Assembly: GCA_963749155.1 (NCBI GenBank)
Contig: CAVVLO010000005.1
Coordinates: 128,001 to 192,000, forward strand
Direction of reading: 5' to 3'
DNA: 64,000 nt
From: an uncultured Armatimonadia bacterium
GTDB lineage: Bacteria; Armatimonadota; Zipacnadia; CAVVLO01
Numbering within the stretch: the first letter of the stretch is position 1; every line of letters starts with the position of its first letter. Under the pieces are notes generated by a model, which saw only the letters and a list, made by a program, of their open reading frames with translations, was not told where the DNA came from and made no database searches. Made by a program: the position numbers and the translations under genes. Below, one piece after another: positions 52,219-60,111 of the stretch.

Positions 52219-53829
52219 TTAATAAGCAGGAGGATACGTTTGCAAGCCGCCTTCAGGCCAGGCAATGCCAGTGGCTTTCCAGCTTGACTGGTCGGAGGCG
52301 ATCACCGTATGCAGGCGGAAGTGCTGCTCAGCTCCTGTGCCAAGCTGGGTCCATATATCGAGCCAGACTTCGGCAGCCGGGGTCGCCAGGGTGCGGCGAC
52401 TGACCATCGCGCCATAGGTGCCCGTCTGGCCTGCGCCCGCATCAAGCCGAATCCATTCAGTCGCGCCTTCGGTCGCCACATCGCCCAGGAAGTGCATCCC
52501 TGCGTTGTTCTGAAGAAGCCAGTTGCACCAGCTTCCCGTGGGCGAGACCATTGCGATATCAAGGTTGGCGGCGCCAGTCCAGGTTATACCGACCAGCACA
52601 TCGGCGGAGCTGACAGGAGGGGTGGGCACATCAGGCCCTGGCGGAGCCGGCTCTCCGACGATAAAGGCGCCTTCATCTCCAGAGGCTGAGCCATCGTCCA
52701 CCAGGTCGGTAGCCTCGTCATACAAGCCATTGCCATCCAGGTCCAGCACAAGGTCATAAGCTCCATCGGGCAGCGTGCCTGGAGACACAAGCGTGGCTGT
52801 CATAGCGCGCGAATCCGGCTGCAACGGGATCAGCTCGGGGTAGCCTTCCACATCGGCAAGCGTTGCGCCCTCCTGCCAGTTGGAGTTATGCGCGGCGATA
52901 TAGCAGGGCACACTGGCCAGGCTTGTGGCCAGAGGCCCGGAATATACAGGATAGAAGGTGCAGTAGACGGCCTCGCCTGACTCGAAGCCAGTTTGCGCCT
53001 CACCAGTCGCATCCGAGGCTAGCCCTCTGGTGGTGGCGGTTCTGGAGGCGCCTACCACGAAGCCTGGGCCAGTTGCCCCGTCCAGCAGGTCACTGTCGTC
53101 CAGTTCTCCATCGCGGTCCATATCCACAACCACATCATACCGGCCCGAGACAGGGGTCTCCCAGAGCTGCAGAATCTGGTTACCAGTGCCGGTAAACACA
53201 TCTTTGGGGCTGCCAATAACATCGAGCAGGCTTTCACCCTCGCTCCAGTCATCTCGGTCGGTTACAACATAGACGGTAACCAGTTTATCGACGGGGAGAT
53301 GCTCGAGGTGAAGTGCGACAAGCTCAGAGCTTTCTTCGAAGAAGTTCTGCAGATTGCCTTCCGCATCCGAAGCATAGGCGCGCTTCCAGAGATTGCTGAC
53401 CGTATATTCGCGAGTCTGCTCGGCTGCGCCCTGCGGTTGCCAGTGCAAAGTGTAAAGGCCTTCGGTGAAAGCGACAGAGCCACTACTCCTGCTAGTGCCA
53501 AGTTCATAGGCTACAGGGGCGGGGGGCAGGTTGCCCTGGGCATCCGTGCAGAAGGTAGCTTGCCAGACGGTCTGGTTGTCCGGCGCCACAAGCCAGAAAT
53601 GGACACTTGGCGCATCAGCCGACCGGGTCACTTCGCTGGCAATAAGAGTCGTCAGCGGCGATATTGAGCCATCAGGGGGCGGATCAGGATCATCGGGGGG
53701 CTCATAGGGGGGCGGTTCGTCTCCTCCGCCACCCGCGCTCATACCACAACCGGCCACCAACAGGGAGAGCAATACGAGAAGAAGCGGTACCAAAAAAACT
53801 GCCAGGGCAGTCCGTTGCCTCAACAGCAC
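52219..53829 (-). CDS. acidic lipoprotein with a duplicated Ca-binding-like domain and C-terminal YfaP/DUF2135-like domain
   Basis: Lipobox LVAG/C; Pro-rich linker; two repeats with YDVVVDMDRDG and YDLVLDLDGNG; ITWTGAANLDIAMVSP.G. Confidence 0.7.
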   Translation of the reverse strand: MLLRQRTALAVFLVPLLLVLLSLLVAGCGMSAGGGGDEPPPYEPPDDPDPPPDGSISPLTTLIASEVTRSADAPSVHFWLVAPDNQTVWQATFCTDAQGNLPPAPVAYELGTSRSSGSVAFTEGLYTLHWQPQGAAEQTREYTVSNLWKRAYASDAEGNLQNFFEESSELVALHLEHLPVDKLVTVYVVTDRDDWSEGESLLDVIGSPKDVFTGTGNQILQLWETPVSGRYDVVVDMDRDGELDDSDLLDGATGPGFVVGASRTATTRGLASDATGEAQTGFESGEAVYCTFYPVYSGPLATSLASVPCYIAAHNSNWQEGATLADVEGYPELIPLQPDSRAMTATLVSPGTLPDGAYDLVLDLDGNGLYDEATDLVDDGSASGDEGAFIVGEPAPPGPDVPTPPVSSADVLVGITWTGAANLDIAMVSPTGSWCNWLLQNNAGMHFLGDVATEGATEWIRLDAGAGQTGTYGAMVSRRTLATPAAEVWLDIWTQLGTGAEQHFRLHTVIASDQSSWKATGIAWPEGGLQTYPPAY

Positions 53830-53861
53830 AGGGCTCACTCCTTATAGAGAGATGCCCTTTC

Positions 53862-53889
53862 AGTATAAGAGAGGTTTCGAAACTGTAAA
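53862..53889 (-). promoter_or_regulatory. putative sigma70 promoter of the lipoprotein gene
   Basis: Minus strand TTTACA-N16-TATACT upstream of an AAGGAG RBS. Confidence 0.5.
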
Positions 53890-53959
53890 CGGAGATAAAG
53901 TTCTTTATAAGGTCACAAAAGGCAACGAAGCAATAAAGCTCTAAGGGTTTCGGCTCAGT

Positions 53960-54745
53960 TTAATGTGTCAGTTCGCTGAGTAGCTCTTCCATCTCAGATT
54001 CGGGCAGACAGGAGGCCACCACAACAAGGACATCGGGGTTGACATAAGTTGCCAGCAGACTGCCGTTTTCCCAATGCGCCCGATACAGGCGCTGACCTTC
54101 AAACTCTTCTACTTCCATTTTGTCGAGGGCAATCAGATTGGCTGGCGCTGAGTAAATTGCGCAGGACTTGTCGCCTTTCTGCAAGACTACATAAGGTATG
54201 CGATAGCCTCCAATTGACCAACTGCCAACGCCTGCCAGACATGTATCACCGCACTCAAGCTTGGACGGGTCGTCCTTTTCACAGCCCACCAGGTTGGTAA
54301 ATTCGGCACAAGCCTCAGGGAAGCTTGCATCGGTAGCCTTGATGAGTTGCTCGGGTTGCCGTTCGGTGGTCTGATAATGCTGGAAAAGCTGATCGGCATC
54401 TACGGGGGCTTCGGTGTTGGGGTGGAAAAGCAGGAGAGCCATTGCGACGAATACAATCATCATAGGGACAAGCGCCATTGCCGGAGCAAACCTGGCACGC
54501 CTGAGAGGAATATGGGAGCTAGTTTCCTGGTCCATAGCTGACTCAAAGCGGGCCCAGAAAACCGGTGAAGGCTCACTGTGCAGATCGCCTGCGCGAAGCC
54601 GCTGTTGCAACAAGGCGAAGTCTCGATAGGCGGCGCTGCATTGCTCACATTCAGCCATATGGGCCTGAATCTCAGTGCGCTCTTTTTCGGTCAGTTGGCC
54701 GTCAACAAGAGCTGATACTTGCTCAAGGCGCTCTTCACAATTCAT
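53960..54745 (-). CDS. zf-HC2 membrane anti-sigma factor with Cys-containing extracytoplasmic domain
   Basis: MNCEE..VSALVDGQL..HMAECEQC; TM; directly downstream of an ECF sigma. Confidence 0.88.
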   Translation of the reverse strand: MNCEERLEQVSALVDGQLTEKERTEIQAHMAECEQCSAAYRDFALLQQRLRAGDLHSEPSPVFWARFESAMDQETSSHIPLRRARFAPAMALVPMMIVFVAMALLLFHPNTEAPVDADQLFQHYQTTERQPEQLIKATDASFPEACAEFTNLVGCEKDDPSKLECGDTCLAGVGSWSIGGYRIPYVVLQKGDKSCAIYSAPANLIALDKMEVEEFEGQRLYRAHWENGSLLATYVNPDVLVVVASCLPESEMEELLSELTH

Positions 54746-54756
54746 GGCAGGCTTTC

Positions 54757-55323
54757 CTACTTGGCATAGGTTTTTGAGGCTTCAAGCTTCTCTTTCATCA
54801 TAGTCCTGGCTCGCGAGAGCCTCGATCGCACTGTGCCCAAAGGAACCTTCATAACATCGGCGGCTTCCTCATAAGAAAGCCCTTCTACTTCGCATAACCA
54901 CAAGGTAGTGCGAAATTGTTCCGGCAGGGAGTCAATTGCTGCCTTCATTTCTTCACTCAGGCGCGCATCCATTGCCAGTTGCTCTGGCGAAGACGTATCC
55001 GCCATAACCGCGCTACGCTCCTGGTCGAAGTTCTCCCCGTCCATTGAGTCGATTGCCGGAGCGCGTTTTTGCTTGCGATAGCTGTTGATATAGGTGTTGA
55101 GGACTATCTTCAAAATCCAGGCCTTGAAGTTGGTGCCTTTGCGGAACTGGTGGAAGGCCCTGAAGGCGCGCAGCAACGCCTCCTGCATAAGGTCTTCGGC
55201 CTCATCAGGATCGCGTGTGAGCCGCAAAGACGAGCTATAGATAGCTTTGCGATGCTCGCGAACCAGGTTCTCGAATTCGAGGCGTTCGTGGCCATTGGCC
55301 TTGCCTCGACCGAATCCAAACAA
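54757..55323 (-). CDS. ECF sigma factor (SigH/SigR-like sequence)
   Basis: EAEDLMQE, GTNFKAWILKIVLNTYINSYRK, GLSYEEAA, GTVRSRLSRAR. Confidence 0.95.
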   Translation of the reverse strand: MFGFGRGKANGHERLEFENLVREHRKAIYSSSLRLTRDPDEAEDLMQEALLRAFRAFHQFRKGTNFKAWILKIVLNTYINSYRKQKRAPAIDSMDGENFDQERSAVMADTSSPEQLAMDARLSEEMKAAIDSLPEQFRTTLWLCEVEGLSYEEAADVMKVPLGTVRSRLSRARTMMKEKLEASKTYAK

Positions 55324-55343
55324 GAAAAGAGCCTCCCGTCTGT

Positions 55344-57278
55344 CTAGCTCTGGGGCGCCTGCAATTCGGTGGTCAACTCTCGGGCGGCGATGCTCGAGAT
55401 TATGGCGACCATCTTAGAGCTTGCGCCAAAGTCGCGCAACATCTGCGCGCGGAAGCCGCGGGTGCCCTCGGCTACAACTGTCTCCGCGTTCCTTCTGCCG
55501 CTGCGTCCGCCAGCCAGCGCAAGGAAGACTTCGCCCATATCGGGGTTCTGCTCCATCGCTCTGACCACATCAGCAAGTGGCACGTTCAAGGTCCAGGCGG
55601 AAAGCCGCGCTGCCATTGCTCTTTCTCTGGCCGTGGCGGGGGTGGTAGAAAGACTGAGCGTCCACTGGGCCTGGCGTGCGCGGGCCACATACAGCTTGTC
55701 CAGGCCGGCCTCGAGTTGCTCGCGGACGTCACTGAATTCCTCAAGGACTTCGCGGTTAAGCTCTCTCGCCAGAGAGGCTTCCAGGCCATATTTGACCAGT
55801 TCGTCCTTATCGGCCCGGCTCAGCGCCCGAGCAGCCATCCGGAGCGTCTTGCCTGCCTTATCCAGAGATTTGGCCGCTGGAGTGATGGCCGCGGTGGCCT
55901 CTGAAGTCTCCATCGCAGCTTGCTCGAGGTCCTCTGTCAACGCTTCGAGATAACCTGCTGGCAGTTTACCGGCCAGTGCCAAGGCCTGGGCGCGCTCAAG
56001 CAGCTCTCCACTGGTATCCAGTTGGCGCGTCGAATCGGTCTGAAGCTTCGAGAGGCCGCTTGCCATAGAACGCAGAGTCTGAATGCTTTCGGCGACGGCC
56101 CCCAAGGTCTCTCTTGCGAAGGCGTTGCCTTTAATCTCGTCTTCTCCCAGCAATTCATTCGCGTGGAAGGCGAACTCCTCAAATTCAGGCAGCTCCATCA
56201 GGCTGGAGACGAGTCCCGTGGTTGCCGCCAGGGTCTGGCCGCCTTCCCGCAGGGCTGCCGAGGTTGCCGTATCAGCCTTCGCAATCAGTGTCTCCACAAA
56301 CTGGGGAGGGCTTTGAACGCCAGGCAGAGGAGCCAGCACTGCGAACATGCGCGCCCAGTCCGCCGCCTCAGGATCCTGGGCAAAATTGCCAGGGCCATAA
56401 GCGGTTGGCGTCTCTTCGCCCACCACGTAAGCTGCTCTCAGCAGGCCAGCTTTTGCTCGCAGGTCGCTCGGATCGACCTGCAAGGCTTTTTCATAGTTGC
56501 GCAGGGCGGTATAGATAAGCCCCCGGTTATACTGCAGGTCGGCCAGTTTTACATATTGGCCGGGAGAACCAAGCTCGGCAGGATTGCGCTTGAGCAGGCC
56601 CTCAAGGCGGCTGCGGGTATCCGGATGGGTGCTCATCAGGCGCTCGAGGCGCGAAGGCTCATCATCGTTCAGCTCGAGCAAAGTCGCCATAAAACCTGTC
56701 AGGCCATCTGGATCGAAGCCACCCCGCAAGGTAAACCGTGCGCCCATCTTGTCAGCTTCGCGCTCATGATCGCGGCTGTAGCTGAGGAAGACCAGTTGCG
56801 CGCCTAGCCCGACGATAAGGGCAGTCGCATCGTCGTTGATATCCAGTTGACTGAGCACCAGATCGGCCAGGATGGAGGTCTTGAGGGTGTCCCAGCTATG
56901 GTGCTGGGTCACATGGGCCAGCTCGTGGCCGATGACCCCAGCCAGCTCATCGGTGCGATCGGCGCTTTCGAGCAGACCGCGATTGATATAGATATATCCG
57001 CCAGGCAGCGCGAAGGCATTGACTTCGCTGTCATCCACGATGCGGAACCTGAATCTGAAATCCGTATTGCCCGTGGCTTCGGCAATAGGCCTGGCAACGC
57101 GCTCCAGATAATCGTTGGCGAGCGGGTCGCCTTCCAGGTCGTAGGCGGACTCGATGGCGCTGCTATAAAGCGAGCCAAGCAGCTTCTCCATCGTGGTGCG
57201 CAACGAGAAACTGTACGCTGCAGTAGCCAGCGCCAGTATTACAAGCAAGACCAGGCCAAGCCTCAAAGTGTGACGCAT
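55344..57278 (-). CDS. exported M48 zinc metalloprotease (BepA/YfgC-like) with TPR and long helical C-terminus
   Basis: Signal peptide; VNAFALPGG, HELAH, YSRDHEREAD, STHP; TPR YEKALQVDP. Confidence 0.9.
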   Translation of the reverse strand: MRHTLRLGLVLLVILALATAAYSFSLRTTMEKLLGSLYSSAIESAYDLEGDPLANDYLERVARPIAEATGNTDFRFRFRIVDDSEVNAFALPGGYIYINRGLLESADRTDELAGVIGHELAHVTQHHSWDTLKTSILADLVLSQLDINDDATALIVGLGAQLVFLSYSRDHEREADKMGARFTLRGGFDPDGLTGFMATLLELNDDEPSRLERLMSTHPDTRSRLEGLLKRNPAELGSPGQYVKLADLQYNRGLIYTALRNYEKALQVDPSDLRAKAGLLRAAYVVGEETPTAYGPGNFAQDPEAADWARMFAVLAPLPGVQSPPQFVETLIAKADTATSAALREGGQTLAATTGLVSSLMELPEFEEFAFHANELLGEDEIKGNAFARETLGAVAESIQTLRSMASGLSKLQTDSTRQLDTSGELLERAQALALAGKLPAGYLEALTEDLEQAAMETSEATAAITPAAKSLDKAGKTLRMAARALSRADKDELVKYGLEASLARELNREVLEEFSDVREQLEAGLDKLYVARARQAQWTLSLSTTPATARERAMAARLSAWTLNVPLADVVRAMEQNPDMGEVFLALAGGRSGRRNAETVVAEGTRGFRAQMLRDFGASSKMVAIISSIAARELTTELQAPQS

Positions 57279-57329
57279 CCAAAGCGCCTCCTCGGGATTA
57301 CCCGCACGCTCGATCAACCGCGCGCTCGA

Positions 57330-58340
57330 TTAATCGAGCACTCGCGCGCCCCTTCTCTTTATTGTAGCAAAGGCGTCCAGATCCAGCCCATCTGGCGGCC
57401 GGACTCTGGCTTCGAACCAGGCTAGCGAAGCAATTGTTGCGCCGGTATCGCCACAGAGAGCAAGCGGCGGAATCCAGAGCCTGAGCCCAGCCACTGCCGC
57501 GCGCTCGGTAGCCAGGGCGCGCAAGGCACTATTGGCCGCTACGCCTCCGGCCAGGGCGATACGCTCCAAACCTTCTTTCTCGGCGGCTGCCACCAGTTTG
57601 GCGGAAAGCACATCAGCCACCGCCCACTGGAAAGATGCCGCCAAATCTGCTTGCGAAAGGGCTTTTCCTTCGCTGCTTTCTAGTAGACGAAAAACTGCAG
57701 TTTTAAGTCCACTGAAGGAGAAATCCCAGGTTCCTGGCAGCCAGGCCCTCGGGAGCGCCGCCCTCTTTGGATCTCCCTGGCCGGCAAGCTGATCGATAAT
57801 CGGCCCGCCAGGATAGCCCAGGTTCATCAGCTTGGCGACTTTGTCGAAGGCTTCGCCCGCAGCGTCATCGAGTGTAGCGCCAAGGACCTGGCTCTCGGTA
57901 TAGTCGGTAAACAGGTTGAGCTGAGTATGGCCGCCAGAGGCGATTAGCGCCAGATACGGCGGCTCGATTGGCTCCTCCACCAGATAATTGGCGGCGCAGT
58001 GGGCCGTCAGATGATCTACTCCATATATTGGCACATCGAGAGCCAGTGCGTAGGCCTTCGCGGCTGCAACTCCCACGACCAGCGCACCGACCAGCCCGGG
58101 CCGGTTGCAGACGCCGACCGCGGAAACCGCCTCGAAGCCCACCCCAGCCTCGGCCAGCACCTCCTCGACGAGGGGCCCAAGTGCCTTCAGATGCTGTCTC
58201 GAGGCCACCTCGGGCACCACGCCCCCGAAAAGCCGGTGGACGTCTATCTGACTTGCCAGTTTGCTTGCGATGAGGGTCCAGCCATCGCTGACAAGCGCGA
58301 CGCCGGTCTCATCGCAAGAGGTCTCAATTCCTAAAACCAA
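57330..58340 (-). CDS. tsaD: t6A tRNA threonylcarbamoyltransferase
   Basis: LGIETSCDET, GGVVPEVASRQH, HLTAH, SGGHT, DDAAGEAFDK, FSFSGLKT, GGVAAN. Confidence 0.97.
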   Translation of the reverse strand: MVLGIETSCDETGVALVSDGWTLIASKLASQIDVHRLFGGVVPEVASRQHLKALGPLVEEVLAEAGVGFEAVSAVGVCNRPGLVGALVVGVAAAKAYALALDVPIYGVDHLTAHCAANYLVEEPIEPPYLALIASGGHTQLNLFTDYTESQVLGATLDDAAGEAFDKVAKLMNLGYPGGPIIDQLAGQGDPKRAALPRAWLPGTWDFSFSGLKTAVFRLLESSEGKALSQADLAASFQWAVADVLSAKLVAAAEKEGLERIALAGGVAANSALRALATERAAVAGLRLWIPPLALCGDTGATIASLAWFEARVRPPDGLDLDAFATIKRRGARVLD

Positions 58341-58863
58341 CGTCCAGTTGCTCCTCGAGCGCGCGGGTCAGGCCAAGCAGGCGCTCTCGGCCCTCGGGAA
58401 AGCAGAGCCCCTCGAGCACCGCGACCAGCGCGTCTTCTCCGTTATCTTGATAGTACCCTCTGCGCACCCCAACCACTACGAAACCATATTTATCGTACAA
58501 GTTTTGGGCCACAGTGTTGCTCTTGCGAAATTCCAAAGTCACTCTTTCAATCCCTAACTCAAGCCCTTTTAATAGCAGTCCGAGCAAGGTCGCCTCGCCG
58601 AGTTTCTTGCCGCGCCAGTCAGGATGAGTGGCGATGGTTGTAATATGCGCCTCTTCAAAGGCGTGTTGCATACCCGCCTGCGCCACAACCTGACCGTTCT
58701 CCGAGCAGACGATATAGTGACAAAACCGGGGCCTGGCCAGCTCAGCCAGATAAGCCGCGTGGCTCCAGGGTTGCGCGAAGCTCAGTCGCTCTATCTCCAT
58801 TACCTCGGGCAGGTCGCGCAGACCCATCCGCCGGATAATATATCGCGGTATCCGGGCGCTCAT
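58324..58863 (-). CDS. rimI: ribosomal protein S18 N-acetyltransferase (GNAT)
   Basis: IE..SF..PWS, HITTIATHP..RGKKLG, TLE.RKSN..AQNLY.KYGF, RRGYYQDNGEDA. Confidence 0.92.
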   Translation of the reverse strand: MSARIPRYIIRRMGLRDLPEVMEIERLSFAQPWSHAAYLAELARPRFCHYIVCSENGQVVAQAGMQHAFEEAHITTIATHPDWRGKKLGEATLLGLLLKGLELGIERVTLEFRKSNTVAQNLYDKYGFVVVGVRRGYYQDNGEDALVAVLEGLCFPEGRERLLGLTRALEEQLDVGFRN

Positions 58864-58866
58864 CTC

Positions 58867-59568
58867 TCAGTCCACCGCCAGTCCAAGAGCGCGTTCAGCC
58901 TGAGAGCGATATACATAAATTGGCGCGCAATCACGAAAACCAGCCGGCTCGGGCGCGCCCGCAAGGATTTTTTCAGCCGAGGTCAGGATATGCACAGCCA
59001 GGGGATATCCCTCAGGTAGCAAAAGGGCCTCACTCTCCAGTGCGGCCAGCGCGCGTCCTGCTGCTGTGCCGATGGTCACGAGCCGCACGCCTTTTGCTCT
59101 GGCTTCTGCAAGCCGCAAGGTCAGCTCTTCCAGTGGAAGGCCTTCGACCGGGGAGGTCTGGCACCAGCCAGAAGATTCGGCAGAGTACGTTGCCAGATAA
59201 TACTCTGAGGCGAAAGCCGGCAAGACGCACAGTACTTCTCCAGCCTTGTCCTCAACTGCCCAGGCAAGCGCCAGCAGGCTGGGGATACCGTAGCAAGGCA
59301 GCCCAAGGGCTTGCGAGAGAGCTTTGGCGGTTGCGACACCGATGCGGATACCGGTGAAAGAACCCGGCCCGATGCAGACCGCAAGCGACTCGACTTCACC
59401 AAGTTCGCAGCCTGCTTCCTCGCCTAGCCTTTTGAGGGCGGGGGCCAGGCTGGTCAAAGTCTCGCGCGGCGTTATCAGCTCGGAAGTGAAAAGACTCTCC
59501 CCAATTTTCAGCGCAAGCGAGAGCGTCTCACTGGTAGTCTGGATCGCAAGCAAGGCGCTGCCCTCCAA
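58867..59568 (-). CDS. tsaB: t6A synthesis protein TsaB
   Basis: LLAIQTT, GPGSFTGIRIG, SLLALA, C-terminal PIYVYRSQAER. Confidence 0.93.
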   Translation of the reverse strand: MEGSALLAIQTTSETLSLALKIGESLFTSELITPRETLTSLAPALKRLGEEAGCELGEVESLAVCIGPGSFTGIRIGVATAKALSQALGLPCYGIPSLLALAWAVEDKAGEVLCVLPAFASEYYLATYSAESSGWCQTSPVEGLPLEELTLRLAEARAKGVRLVTIGTAAGRALAALESEALLLPEGYPLAVHILTSAEKILAGAPEPAGFRDCAPIYVYRSQAERALGLAVD

Positions 59569-60031
59569 GTGCGGCCTGAAGGTATTCGATAAAGTCTTCG
59601 GGACCTTCGAAACTGACTAACCGCTCATCAGGGCTTTCTCCGTACGCGAGCCCCACGCGCAGTGCTTGCTCGGGCGCGAGGGGGCCGAGTTTTTCAGCCC
59701 ATTCGATGGCCAGCACGCCCTCTTCCGCCAGCTCTTCAAGCCCCAGATCGGCTATCTCGGGCAGGCTTTCCAGCCTGTAGAGATCAAGATGGTGCAGCAC
59801 CTGGCTGCCTTCGTAGCTCTGGATAAGGCAGAAAGTGGGGCTGGTGACCCTGTCGGGACAATCCAGAGCGTGAACAAGCCCTCGCACGAGCACAGTCTTG
59901 CCGGCCCCAAGTTCGCCGGCCAGAAGCAGCCAGTCGCCAGGCCTCAGCGCGCGCGCCAAAGCAATCCCGATATTTTCAGTCTCTTCGGGGCTGCAACTCG
60001 TTATTTCCAGCTTTGCAAGGGGTTTCTCCAC
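59528..60031 (-). CDS. tsaE: t6A synthesis ATPase TsaE
   Basis: GELGAGKT, VTSPTF, HLDLYRL, IEWA. Confidence 0.96.
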   Translation of the reverse strand: MEKPLAKLEITSCSPEETENIGIALARALRPGDWLLLAGELGAGKTVLVRGLVHALDCPDRVTSPTFCLIQSYEGSQVLHHLDLYRLESLPEIADLGLEELAEEGVLAIEWAEKLGPLAPEQALRVGLAYGESPDERLVSFEGPEDFIEYLQAALGGQRLACDPDYQ

Positions 60032-60111
60032 AGGGAAGGATTATATCACGGTCGCCCTGACCGGCAGGGCTTTATCACTTGCCGGCCAATTATCAGGAGG
60101 AGGTGCCTTCG

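Noticed and set aside
57330..58863. RimI-TsaD fusion broken by an indel
   Set aside because: tsaD has its own GAGGAG RBS 10 nt before the TTG at 58340 and both proteins look complete; cannot be fully excluded given the error rate
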